Source: Chloroflexota bacterium (GTDB lineage: Bacteria; Chloroflexota; Anaerolineae; Anaerolineales; Villigracilaceae). Taken from it: DNA of 64,000 nucleotides. Numbering within the stretch: the first letter of the stretch is position 1; each line of letters begins with the position of its first letter. The position numbers and the translations under genes are program-made. Under the pieces are notes generated by a model. It worked only from the letters and a program-made list of their open reading frames with translations. It made no database searches and was not told the DNA's origin. Of this stretch, positions 28,817 to 38,185 are shown piece by piece. The DNA lies in contig JACPVC010000006.1 in the NCBI GenBank assembly GCA_016191955.1, positions 7,920 to 71,919 on the forward strand, given 5' to 3'.

Positions 28817-28855
28817 ACTCCCAAACGGGGGGACAAAATCCAGCCGTTTGGGAGT
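28817..28855. promoter_or_regulatory. Candidate operator: perfect 12-bp inverted repeat upstream of the lyase operon
   Basis: ACTCCCAAACGG (28817-28828), 15-nt spacer, CCGTTTGGGAGT (28844-28855). Confidence 0.45.
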
Positions 28856-28892
28856 TTTGCATTTAAACCCCAAACTGTATCCTTTACCCAGA

Positions 28893-29768
28893 ATGACAGC
28901 TAAAGTATTTCGTAATTTACTTTCCCAGCCAGAGATTCTGGTTGTGCCTGGCGCGGCGGATGCAATGTCCGCGCGCATTGTTGAAGATGTCGGTTTCAGC
29001 GCGGTTTACGCCAGCGGAGCAGGAATCGCAAACGTGCAGTTCGCTTTGCCAGACATCGGCTTGCTGACCATGACCGAAATGATCGAGCCAATTCGCCGCA
29101 TTGTCGAAGCGGTGAACATTCCCGTGATTGCAGATGCAGATACGGGCTACGGAAGCGCCGTCAACGTGACGCGCACGACCCAGGTCTATGAAGATGCGGG
29201 CGTCGCCGCCATGCAGCTCGAAGATCAGGTCACGCCGAAGAAATGCGGTCACTTCAACGGCAAGGAAGTCATCCCCACCGAAGAGATGATTCAGAAAATC
29301 CATGCGGCAGTCAAAGCGCGCAAAGAAATGTTGATCATTGCCCGCACCGACAGCATTGCCACGCATGGAATGGAAGAAGCGATTCAGCGCGCAAATTTAT
29401 ATGCCCGCGCAGGCGCAGACATCATCTTCGTCGAAGCGCCCACGCAAAAAGAACAAATCGCCGAACTCCCAAAACAAATCAAAGCCCCCCTGCTTTTCAA
29501 CATGACCGAAGGCGCGAAGACGCCGATCATTTCTCATGATGAACTTCACGAGATGGGATATCGCATTGTGATCCATCCCAACCTCGCCATGCGCGTCGCC
29601 GCCCGCGCCATGCAAAGCGCCCTCGCCGTTTTGCAAAAAGCGCGCAGCAGTGAACTGCTCCTCCCCTCGATGCTCGAATGGAACGAACGTCAGCGATTGG
29701 TGCGCCTGCCCGAATGGGAGACGCTTGACAACGAATTGAGCCGCTTCGAAATAGCGGATTCGAGATGA
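28893..29768 (+). CDS. Isocitrate lyase/PEP mutase superfamily C-C lyase (PrpB-like)
   Basis: Likely start MTAKVFR; LPDIGL, DADTGYG, EDQVTPKKCGH (catalytic Cys loop), IIARTDS. Confidence 0.88.
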   Translation: MTAKVFRNLLSQPEILVVPGAADAMSARIVEDVGFSAVYASGAGIANVQFALPDIGLLTMTEMIEPIRRIVEAVNIPVIADADTGYGSAVNVTRTTQVYEDAGVAAMQLEDQVTPKKCGHFNGKEVIPTEEMIQKIHAAVKARKEMLIIARTDSIATHGMEEAIQRANLYARAGADIIFVEAPTQKEQIAELPKQIKAPLLFNMTEGAKTPIISHDELHEMGYRIVIHPNLAMRVAARAMQSALAVLQKARSSELLLPSMLEWNERQRLVRLPEWETLDNELSRFEIADSR

Positions 29769-29791
29769 CAAACTCACCAAGGAGAAGAAAA

Positions 29792-30952
29792 ATGAATCGC
29801 AAATTGAACCTGTTCCTTTCTTTGACGCTGGCATTGGCATTTGTAATGGCTGCCTGCGCTCCCGCTTCAACCCTGACCGAAGCGCCTACCACTGAACCCC
29901 CAGCCGTAGATGCCCCGACAGAGGCTGCCGCCACCGAAGCCCCTGCGGAAGATCCGCTTGCCGCGCTTGCCGAAGAATCCAAAGGCGAAACCGAAGGATT
30001 GCTCGTTCACTCCATCATGGGCGAAAACAACTGGGCTCCTGTCATCGATGCATTCAATGCCAAATATCCGTGGATTACCGTCACAGCGCTGGACCTTGGC
30101 ACCACCGAGACCTTCGAGAAGTATTACACCGAAGCCGCCGGCGGCGCGCGCACAGCAGATATGATCATCACATCCTCAACCGATGGCTGGCAGGATTTCA
30201 TCGCCAAAGGTGAGTTGCAGGTCTACAACCCCGTCAACATCGAAGGCATGCCTGATTTTGCAACTCTGGCTGATGGCGTGTATGCCGTCTCCACCGACCC
30301 GATGATCATCATCTACAACAAGCAATTGGTTACTACTCCGCCCGAAACGATGGAAGCGGTAGCCGCCTTTGCATCCGACCCTGCCAACGCTGGCAAGATC
30401 GTCACCTATGATGCCGAGAAAAACGGCACGGGCTATGGTATCAACTGGTTCTGGGCTGCGAACAAAGGTGATGCGGGTTGGGTAACTCTCGAAACCATCG
30501 GTAAATCCAATGTCAACATGCAGACCTCGGCGGGTAATATGGTTAATGCAGTGTTGACTGGTGAAGCATCAGTCGGTTACTTTGTCTCTGCGATTTCGGT
30601 TTTCCCGAAATTTCCAGATGCAGAACCCATTCTCGGCTATTCGTATCAGAAAGACGGTCAGGTTGTGCTCGTGCGCGGTATGGGTATCACCAAAGCCGCC
30701 GCATCCCCCGCATCCGCCAAACTGTTGATGGAATTCATCCTGTCTGCCGAAGGTCAGATCGCATGGGCTGATGGCGGGCTGACTCCCTACCGCCCTGACG
30801 TTGCTGACAAAGCCAAGTATCACTTGCAGAATGTCATTGATGCCGTCGGCGAAGAAAATATCATCCCCTTCTTCTTTGACCCGAACATCGCCTCTGCCGA
30901 CAACCGCGCCGCCTTCCTCGCCAAGTGGAAGACTGCCTTCGGTCGCCCGTAG
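29792..30952 (+). CDS. ABC substrate-binding lipoprotein, FbpA/AfuA-like class
   Basis: Start MNRKLN with SD AAGGAGA; lipobox MAAC; PTEA linker; AKLLMEFILSAEGQ. Confidence 0.85.
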   Translation: MNRKLNLFLSLTLALAFVMAACAPASTLTEAPTTEPPAVDAPTEAAATEAPAEDPLAALAEESKGETEGLLVHSIMGENNWAPVIDAFNAKYPWITVTALDLGTTETFEKYYTEAAGGARTADMIITSSTDGWQDFIAKGELQVYNPVNIEGMPDFATLADGVYAVSTDPMIIIYNKQLVTTPPETMEAVAAFASDPANAGKIVTYDAEKNGTGYGINWFWAANKGDAGWVTLETIGKSNVNMQTSAGNMVNAVLTGEASVGYFVSAISVFPKFPDAEPILGYSYQKDGQVVLVRGMGITKAAASPASAKLLMEFILSAEGQIAWADGGLTPYRPDVADKAKYHLQNVIDAVGEENIIPFFFDPNIASADNRAAFLAKWKTAFGRP

Positions 30953-30965
30953 CTAATCATCCTAT

Positions 30966-31004
30966 GAAGGTTGGCAGTTGAACACACTCCGACTGCCGAC
31001 CTTC
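30966..31004 (+). terminator. Stem-loop after the binding-protein gene (terminator or mRNA-stabilising hairpin)
   Basis: GAAGGTTGGCAGTTG / CGACTGCCGACCTTC, a 15-bp stem with two G-U pairs. Confidence 0.45.
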
Positions 31005-31014
31005 AAAAGGTTTA

Positions 31015-31109
31015 TGTCATTGCGAGGAGGGCACTTGCTCTTACCGACGAAGCAATCTCCTTGTTGATAGGCGGGAGATTGCTTTGGGGAGATCGCCCTC
31101 GCAATGACA
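31015..31109. repeat. REP-like element (TGTCATTGCGAGG...CCTCGCAATGACA family)
   Basis: Perfect 13-bp terminal inverted repeat, plus inner AGCAATCTCC / GGAGATTGCT. Confidence 0.85.
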
Positions 31110-31136
31110 TAGAATGATTTGTGGAGAACCCCTCCG

Positions 31137-32861
31137 ATGACAACTGCGGAACAAAATCTGCGTCCCATAGCAATCTCCCGTCCCAAATTTTCGTGGGATA
31201 GAGGCGTTCAATGGCTGGTCGTGATCGTGACAGCTTTGCTGGTGGCATTCCCCGCCTGGCCAATCATCCTGCAAAGTTTCATGTCGAAACCTTTGTATGA
31301 AGAAGACCGCGCCTTTACGTTTGACAACTATTCCAACCTGCTCGGCAACGCGCGCTTCTGGGATGTGCTCGTTTACACAGCCGCGTTTGCCGTGGCGACC
31401 ACGATCATTGCAGTGATCATCGGCATCGTGCTGGCGGTCATAATCAATCGCACGAACATCCCTCTGCGGAATCTATATTCCAACCTGGTTACGATTCCAT
31501 ATTACGTCTCGCCGCTTGTATTGGCTTTCGCATGGATGCAGATGTACGGTCCGCAGGGATTCGGTACCATTCTTGTGCGCACACTCAAATTGCCCATCTG
31601 GCAACTCTATAGTTTTGGCGGCATCGTCATCGTCTCGGCGATGTATTACATTCCCTATACATTTTTATACGCATCCTCCTCGCTCGCTCTTGCAGACCCG
31701 CAACTTGAATCTGCCGCGCGGATTGGCGGCGCGTCCCCATTCCGCACCATCCTGAGTGTGACCATCCCGCTTCTGCGGCCCGCCATCACCTACAGCGCCT
31801 TGCTGACATTGGTCTCATCATTCGAGTTACTGTCCATTCCACTGGTGTTGGGCAACTCGGTTGGCATTGATACGCTGGCAACTTATCTCTATACCATCGG
31901 CGTGGTCGGTGTGAACAAGGATCAAGGTGCAGTGGCTGCGGTGGCTGTGCTGGTAGTCCTTCTTGTGACGATACTCGTATATTTGCAGGGCAAACTCGTT
32001 TCCCTCGAACGCCGCTTCGTCACTGTCGGTGGAAAAGCCACACGTCCCAAAGCCATTGACCTTGGAATTTGGAAAGGGATCGTTTCATTTTTCGTCGGGC
32101 TGTATGTCCTGCTCGGCATCATCCTTCCGTTGGGTTGTATCGTGTTGACATCTTTTGTCCCGTTCCTCAGCCCGTTCATGAATCCGCTCAAAATGCTTAC
32201 CCTTGAAAATTATCAGGGCATTTTCGGCAGCCCTGCATATCGCCAATCGGTGGTCAACAGTATTAACATCTCGATCTTTGCCGCTGCGATTGGCATTGTC
32301 TTTATGGCAGTCGCGGCTCTCATCGCGTATCGCTCAACATTTAAGTATCGCAACGCGGTCAAGTATCTGGCGCTTTATCCGCGCGCCTTTCCAGGCATTA
32401 TTGTGGGCATCGGTTTTTTGTGGGCGTTCCTGCTCGTGCCTGGACTCGGCTCTCTGCGCAACACCATCATCGCCATCTCGGTCGCGTTCATCATGCGTTA
32501 CCTGCCGCTGGGATTCAGCGCTGTCAGCCCCGCAGTGCTTCAAGTTTCGGATGAACTCGACAGGGCGGGAAGAGTCGCGGGCGCAACCTGGTTAGGGACG
32601 ATTCGCCATATCCTGCTCCCAATCTTGAAGCCCGCGCTGGTATCGGGATATATCCTGCTGGCGATTTCGTTTTTGAAGGAATATTCCACCGCGCTCTTTC
32701 TCGTCGCGGAGGGGTCGCGCGTCATCGGGACGACCATGCTTGAGTTGTGGAAACAGGGTGGGGCGGAGCCTGTGGCGGCTCTTTCCACCATCCAAATGGC
32801 GATTACCGCCGTGCTCATCATCGGCGCGCGCAAACTATTAGGAGTGAAACTCCATGAATAA
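31137..32861 (+). CDS. ABC permease, FbpB-like (duplicated TM domain)
   Basis: Two EAA loops (LESAARIGGA; LDRAGRVAGA); likely start MTTAEQ after GGAG. Confidence 0.9.
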   Translation: MTTAEQNLRPIAISRPKFSWDRGVQWLVVIVTALLVAFPAWPIILQSFMSKPLYEEDRAFTFDNYSNLLGNARFWDVLVYTAAFAVATTIIAVIIGIVLAVIINRTNIPLRNLYSNLVTIPYYVSPLVLAFAWMQMYGPQGFGTILVRTLKLPIWQLYSFGGIVIVSAMYYIPYTFLYASSSLALADPQLESAARIGGASPFRTILSVTIPLLRPAITYSALLTLVSSFELLSIPLVLGNSVGIDTLATYLYTIGVVGVNKDQGAVAAVAVLVVLLVTILVYLQGKLVSLERRFVTVGGKATRPKAIDLGIWKGIVSFFVGLYVLLGIILPLGCIVLTSFVPFLSPFMNPLKMLTLENYQGIFGSPAYRQSVVNSINISIFAAAIGIVFMAVAALIAYRSTFKYRNAVKYLALYPRAFPGIIVGIGFLWAFLLVPGLGSLRNTIIAISVAFIMRYLPLGFSAVSPAVLQVSDELDRAGRVAGATWLGTIRHILLPILKPALVSGYILLAISFLKEYSTALFLVAEGSRVIGTTMLELWKQGGAEPVAALSTIQMAITAVLIIGARKLLGVKLHE

Positions 32862-33945
32862 CGATTTGATTATCGAAGGCTTGACCAAACAATTTGCTAC
32901 GTCCAATTCCGTTGCCATCGCGGACGTGAATATCACCGTCAAAGAGGGAACGTTTACCACACTGCTTGGTCCATCTGGATGCGGCAAAAGCACCACGCTC
33001 AACTGTGTGGCTGGACTCGAACAGCCGACCGCTGGATCCATCCGCGTTGGCGATTTCGTAATGACCGACACCGCGCGCGACCTGATCCTGCCGCCTGAAC
33101 AGCGTCACCTTGGCATGGTCTTTCAATCGTATGCGTTGTGGCCCCACATGAAAGTTTTTGATAACGTGGCGTTCGCTCTCAAACTACAGAAACGCCCCTC
33201 GGACGAGATCAAGCAGCGGGTACAGGAAAGCCTCGCTTTAGTCGGCTTGGAAGAACTCGCGGACAGGTATCCCTTCCAACTTTCAGGCGGACAACAACAG
33301 CGCGTCGCCCTCGCTCGTGCCGTGGTCAGTCGTCCCAAAGTTTTGTTGCTTGATGAGCCGCTTTCCAACCTCGACGCGAAAATCCGCGAGAACGCGCGCA
33401 TCTGGCTGCGCGGACTGCAACAGCAGCTTGGGATTACAACCGTGTACGTCACACACGACCAATCGGAAGCGTTCGCCATGTCCGACATGATTGCGGTCAT
33501 GTCAATGGGCAAGCTGCAACAGTACGCGCCGCCCGAAGAAATTTACGAACGCCCCGCGAATCGATTCGTGGCTGAGTTCATCGGCGTGACCTCCTTCATC
33601 ACAGGCATTCTCCAAAATGTGGACGGTAAAAAAGCTACATTGAAACTTGCTTCAGGTGAATTGCTCAACATTCGCAAAGAAAATAAATCAGATTATGTTT
33701 GGAAGGAAGGTGAGCATACCGCGGCAGCCATCCGCTCGGAGCGCGTGGAAGTGTTGACCGAAGGCGCGGAGCGAGAGAACACGGTCAAAGCGCAGATTAC
33801 CAGCCGCACCTATCTCGGCTCGAAGTGGCAATACACCGTGGAAACCTCTGGCGGCTCATTGCGGCTCGAATCCACCGACGCGATTCAAGGCGATAGTCTG
33901 TTTATGTACCTGCCGCCTGATTCGATTATCTTACTGGCAGGATAA
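32854..33945 (+). CDS. ABC ATP-binding protein, FbpC/PotA-like with TOBE domain
   Basis: [32 protein letters not shown]. Confidence 0.94.
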   Translation: MNNDLIIEGLTKQFATSNSVAIADVNITVKEGTFTTLLGPSGCGKSTTLNCVAGLEQPTAGSIRVGDFVMTDTARDLILPPEQRHLGMVFQSYALWPHMKVFDNVAFALKLQKRPSDEIKQRVQESLALVGLEELADRYPFQLSGGQQQRVALARAVVSRPKVLLLDEPLSNLDAKIRENARIWLRGLQQQLGITTVYVTHDQSEAFAMSDMIAVMSMGKLQQYAPPEEIYERPANRFVAEFIGVTSFITGILQNVDGKKATLKLASGELLNIRKENKSDYVWKEGEHTAAAIRSERVEVLTEGAERENTVKAQITSRTYLGSKWQYTVETSGGSLRLESTDAIQGDSLFMYLPPDSIILLAG

Positions 33946-33958
33946 TAGTGTAAATCGT

Positions 33959-34115
33959 TGGTCGAGTAGGTGGCGGGATTCACATGCTGGTGCAAGGCTG
34001 CTTGCTTCCGCCGCCGTATCGAGACCAACAATAGCAAGTAAGCACGAAATAATATGTGACTTGAAATTGGTGGTCTCGATACGCCCTGCAAAGAACATGC
34101 AGGGCTACTCGACCA
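33959..34115. repeat. REP-like element (GGTCGAGTAG..GTATCGAGACC family)
   Basis: Outer TGGTCGAGTAG (33959-33969) / CTACTCGACCA (34105-34115); inner CGTATCGAGACCA (34015-34027) / TGGTCTCGATACG (34071-34083). Confidence 0.8.
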
Positions 34116-34151
34116 CCAGTGGATAATTGAAAAGATAATTATTTCGCTATC

Positions 34152-35630
34152 ATGACCCACACCCCAAACCTCCGCCCCGCACCCGACAAAGAACTCGTTG
34201 ACATCGCCGAGTACGTGACCAATTACCAAGTCACCAGCGACCTCGCCTACGAGACCGCGCGTTACTGTCTCATGGACGCGCTTGGCTGTGCCATGCTCGC
34301 GCTTAACTTTCCCGAATGCACGAAGTTACTTGGTCCAACCGTGAATGGAACCATCGTTCCCAACGGCGCGCGCGTCCCAGGCACAAACTATATCCTCGAC
34401 CCCATCACCGCCGCGTTCAACCTCGGCTCCATGATTCGCTGGCTCGATTACAACGACACCTGGCTCGCCGCCGAATGGGGACATCCCTCCGATAATCTCG
34501 GCGCGATTTTGTCTGTTGCAGATTTCATTTGTAGGGGGCGGGTTTCCCGCCCCGTTAATGTGGGCGGGGAAACCCCGCCCCTACGAGTACGCGACATTCT
34601 TACCGCTTCCATCAAAGCCCACGAAATCCAAGGCATCCTCGCGCTCGAAAACAGTTTCAATCGCGTCGGTCTTGACCATGTCCTCCTCGTCAAAGTTGCA
34701 TCTACCGCTGTTGTGACTCATATGCTCGGCGGCGACAAAGAGAAAATCATCAACGCGCTTTCAAATGCGTGGATTGATGGTCAATCCTTGCGGACGTATC
34801 GTCACGCGCCAAACACAGGTTCACGCAAATCGTGGGCGGCGGGTGACGCGGCTTCGCGCGCAGTGTGGCTTTCGCTTATGGCGATGAAAGGCGAGATGGG
34901 TTATCCCACCGCATTGACAGCTCCCACATGGGGCTTCTATGATGCCTCATTCAAAGGACATCCATTTCGGTTTGGTAGGGGCGCAGCATTGCTGCGCCCC
35001 TACAATTCATATGTAATGAAAAATGTGCTCTTCAAAATTTCCTTCCCCGCCGAATTCCACGCGCAGACCGCCGCCGAGTGTGCGATGATTCTGCATCCGC
35101 AAGTCAAAGACCGTCTCAACGACATCGAACGCATCGTCATCACTACGCACGAGTCAGCCATCCGCATTATTGATAAGTCGGGTCCGCTCCACAACCCCGC
35201 CGACCGCGACCACTGCCTTCAATATATGACCGCCGTCCCGCTCATCTTCGGTCGCCTCACCGCCGACGATTACGAAGACAACGTCGCATTCGACCCGCGC
35301 ATTGATTCTCTCCGCGCGAAAATGCAAGTCATCGAAAATAAAAAATACAGCGCCGATTATCTCGACCCCGAAAAACGTTCCATCGCCAACGCCGTGCAAA
35401 TCTTTTTCAACGATGGTGCATCCACCGAAAACATTGCTGTTGAATATCCCCTCGGTCATCGCCGCCGACGCGCCGAAGGCATTCCGCTGCTCATCGAAAA
35501 ATTTAAAAACAATCTTGCCACGCGCCTTCCCGAAAACCGCATCGCAGCCATTCTCAACCTTTTTTCCAATCCACAAAAACTTGAAGGCACCCCCGCGCAC
35601 GAGTTCATGAATCTCTTTGTCGTAAAATAA
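34152..35630 (+). CDS. prpD: 2-methylcitrate dehydratase
   Basis: Long stretches match E. coli PrpD as recalled: [60 protein letters not shown]. Confidence 0.93.
   Translation: MTHTPNLRPAPDKELVDIAEYVTNYQVTSDLAYETARYCLMDALGCAMLALNFPECTKLLGPTVNGTIVPNGARVPGTNYILDPITAAFNLGSMIRWLDYNDTWLAAEWGHPSDNLGAILSVADFICRGRVSRPVNVGGETPPLRVRDILTASIKAHEIQGILALENSFNRVGLDHVLLVKVASTAVVTHMLGGDKEKIINALSNAWIDGQSLRTYRHAPNTGSRKSWAAGDAASRAVWLSLMAMKGEMGYPTALTAPTWGFYDASFKGHPFRFGRGAALLRPYNSYVMKNVLFKISFPAEFHAQTAAECAMILHPQVKDRLNDIERIVITTHESAIRIIDKSGPLHNPADRDHCLQYMTAVPLIFGRLTADDYEDNVAFDPRIDSLRAKMQVIENKKYSADYLDPEKRSIANAVQIFFNDGASTENIAVEYPLGHRRRRAEGIPLLIEKFKNNLATRLPENRIAAILNLFSNPQKLEGTPAHEFMNLFVVK
34531..34584. repeat. GTAGGGG-family REP doublet in frame within prpD (site 1)
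   Basis: GTAGGGGGCGGGTTTCCCGCCC...GGGCGGGGAAACCCCGCCCCTAC, 54 bp. Confidence 0.85.
34975..35003. repeat. GTAGGGG-family perfect palindrome in frame within prpD (site 2)
   Basis: GTAGGGGCGCAGCA-T-TGCTGCGCCCCTAC, 14-bp arms. Confidence 0.85.
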
Positions 35631-35634
35631 GACC

Positions 35635-37053
35635 ATGAAAACTTTTTTTGGGATTTCGCGTCTCCAGGCATTTTTCCCCGCTTTGATTTTGATTCTCTTA
35701 ATCGGATGTTCCTCCCCTGCGACTCAACCGCTTCAGACTCCGCCCGTGCCTGATTCTGCTTCGACAGATTCATCCTCCCCGAAAATTATCCCGTTCTTCA
35801 CCACCGAAAGCGACCCTGACCAACTGGCAGTGTTGCAATCACTCATCGCCGAATATCAGAATCTCAACCCTGGCATCGAAGTGGACATTGTCATTGCCTC
35901 GCCAGCATCGCGCGGAACACGGCTTCTCACGTCCCTTGCCTCAGGTGCAGACCTCGGCATCTTTGAAATTGAACCCGCCCTCATGTCCCAGTGGGCTGAT
36001 GCTGGTTATCTGCTTCCGCTCGATGACGTGGTCACAAACATCGGCGCAGACGATTTTGTGGAAGGCAGTCTCTTCCGTCAAAATGAAACAACGTATGCCG
36101 TGCCGTACGCGGTCAGTGTATATGGATTGTGGGTTCGCAAGGACTTGTTTGAACAGGCAGGTTTATCTCTTCCAACCACGTATGAAGAAGTTTTAAGAGC
36201 CGCAAAGATTCTCACAAATAACCAAACCTATGGCATTGCCCTGCCCGCGGGACAAAATATCGCCACTGTCAATTACTTTTCCACTTTCCTCTGGCAGAAT
36301 GGCGGCGACTATTTCACCTGCGATGGAGGCGTCGCATTCGGCGAACCGCAAGCCCTCGAAGCAGTCCGCCACTGGCAGGCATTGACTCAATACGCCCCGC
36401 CTGGTTTTACCACCTGGGGCTTCCCCGAACAAATAGACGCCTTCGTCAATGGACGTGTTGCAATGGCAATGTATGCGGGTCGTCTCGGTGTGCAGCTCGA
36501 AGAGTCGCATCCTGAACTGGCAGATAAAGTCACGGTCATCTTCCCGCCCTGGGGTGAACAAAAAGTAACTCTAGGCGTGTGGAGTCGCTTTGCGATTGCA
36601 TCTGGAACAAAGAATCAAACCGAAGCCAAAGCCTTTCTGCAATGGCTGGTCAGCGGCGATAGATTATTGCGCTACGATAATGTTCTGCCTGGGCACATGA
36701 TCCCGCCGTTGAATTCCGTCCGCGAAGAAACACTGATCAACCCATCCGCATATACACAAAAGCATGCCGATTGGATCCAATCCTTTTATGAGTGGTCAGC
36801 CTTCACCAATCATCCTGCCATGAATATGGGATCTGTCAGTGGGGGGCAGTTCACCCGCTCCGAAATCGCTCCACCCTGGGCATGGGAAGTCTTCGGCACG
36901 CCAGGCATCGTAGACACCATGCTTCAAAACGTGGCAAATGACAATGCCCCCGAACAAGCCTGGCAGGATGCAGTCAATGAAATGAAGCAGGCTGTAAGTT
37001 CATGGAAATCCATGCATCCGGAGTGGGAATCGGCAGGGTGTAAACAACATTAA
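35635..37053 (+). CDS. Carbohydrate-type (family 1) ABC substrate-binding lipoprotein without adjacent permease
   Basis: Lipobox LLIGC; PYAVSVYGLWVRKDLF; QIDAFVNGRVAM; EAKAFLQWL. Confidence 0.85.
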   Translation: MKTFFGISRLQAFFPALILILLIGCSSPATQPLQTPPVPDSASTDSSSPKIIPFFTTESDPDQLAVLQSLIAEYQNLNPGIEVDIVIASPASRGTRLLTSLASGADLGIFEIEPALMSQWADAGYLLPLDDVVTNIGADDFVEGSLFRQNETTYAVPYAVSVYGLWVRKDLFEQAGLSLPTTYEEVLRAAKILTNNQTYGIALPAGQNIATVNYFSTFLWQNGGDYFTCDGGVAFGEPQALEAVRHWQALTQYAPPGFTTWGFPEQIDAFVNGRVAMAMYAGRLGVQLEESHPELADKVTVIFPPWGEQKVTLGVWSRFAIASGTKNQTEAKAFLQWLVSGDRLLRYDNVLPGHMIPPLNSVREETLINPSAYTQKHADWIQSFYEWSAFTNHPAMNMGSVSGGQFTRSEIAPPWAWEVFGTPGIVDTMLQNVANDNAPEQAWQDAVNEMKQAVSSWKSMHPEWESAGCKQH

Positions 37054-37091
37054 ATTGCTGCTTCTGACAGATTTTGTGGTTTCGGCAAAAT

Positions 37092-37234
37092 GAGGCATGA
37101 CAGGCTAAAACTCCACCACGAGCCTAGCCGCCATGCCTCTAGTGTAACAACAGAATAAAAATGTAGGGCAATTTGCTAAATGGCCCTGGCAAGATGCCAT
37201 CTTGCCCTACAACTTAACCTTGTTGGTGTACTAG
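37092..37234. repeat. Cluster of palindromes including a GTAGGGC-family element
   Basis: GAGGCATG/CATGCCTC (37092-37139); TGTAGGGCAA/TTGCCCTACA (37162-37211) inside imperfect CTAGT..AACA / TGTT..ACTAG ends. Confidence 0.6.
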
Positions 37235-37336
37235 TAAGGTGAAGAATTTTATTTTCACCGCTCCCTCCTTGACCACCCTGTATTGCATACGTTGCGCACA
37301 TGATAAAATGACCACATTAATTTTTCAGACAAAATA

Positions 37337-37879
37337 TCAAAGATATGAGTTTTTATCATGCAGGGGAGCGCGGGTGTAGATGGAAGGAAGAATAAAACGG
37401 GAGATTAGAGAAGGAGTGGGTTGGGAAGTAGGGGACTTGCTCACCGATTCTCTGATCTCTACTCCTCCAAACTCTATTCTCGTTGCCGCCGCAAAGTTTT
37501 CCCCACTCTCCGCATCACTGCGCCATTCGCGGATCGTGATGGAGTCACCAAGCGCTTTCACCGTCGCTTCATCCAGCAAAATATCACCGCGTTGCGCGAG
37601 ATGTTCGGCGTTGGCATCATCGAACCAACAGGTGATGGCATCCCCTGCAAATCCAAGCACGCTTCCGCCGTGTTTTTCGACCTCGGTGATCAGCGCGGTG
37701 TCGACCGCATTGAGGTGTTTCGTTAATTCCTCTGCGCCGAGGCGTGTGCCAAGCGAATTGCGCAACGACTCGGTCAACCGCGTGAAGCCGGAGATATCCG
37801 CAAACAAGACCGAGCCGTGCGTGCGGTCGGACAATGATTCACCCTGCGCTAATGCTTGCAGGCGGTTTTGCGCAAGCTA
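37337..37879 (-). pseudogene. Class III adenylate/guanylate cyclase remnant
   Basis: LFADISGFTRLTE..GGSVLGFAGDAITCWF motif. In-frame TAG at 37879-37877 just before LAQNRLQALAQG; the middle of the cyclase domain appears deleted (WFDDAN jumps to AEHLAQRGDILL); ends after ILPSIYTR. Confidence 0.75.
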
Positions 37880-38185
37880 CCTGTATGGAAATGCCCATTA
37901 AACGCTCCTGCATCACTCAGTGAAAGTAATCTCGCATATTGTACGGTTTTTGTGTTGATTGCAGTCTCAATTTTTCTGCAATCAAATATGGAAAGAGACG
38001 GAAGAAACAAAAGGAGTGATCGGGCAATCCAATTTGGGCACACTTTGAGAATGCTGATATTGCATCTGCCAGCATCTCATTTTGTTGTGAAAACATCTTC
38101 ACCAATTCTTTACAATTCAAACAACTATTCTTCACGGGGAAAATTTATGATTTTGCCAATATCAAGTAGTAACAAGGAGCAAATC

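Noticed and set aside
28893-29768. Naming the lyase prpB
   Set aside because: KKCGH is shared by several ICL/PEP-mutase family lyases, so substrate cannot be assigned by eye.
37856-38185. Upstream extensions in the ORF track (also 3038-3178, 3060-3149, 22386-22466, 27944-28033, 28848-28892, 55774-55842)
   Set aside because: Downstream ATGs have better SD sequences or stop-start coupling and begin the recognisable domains.
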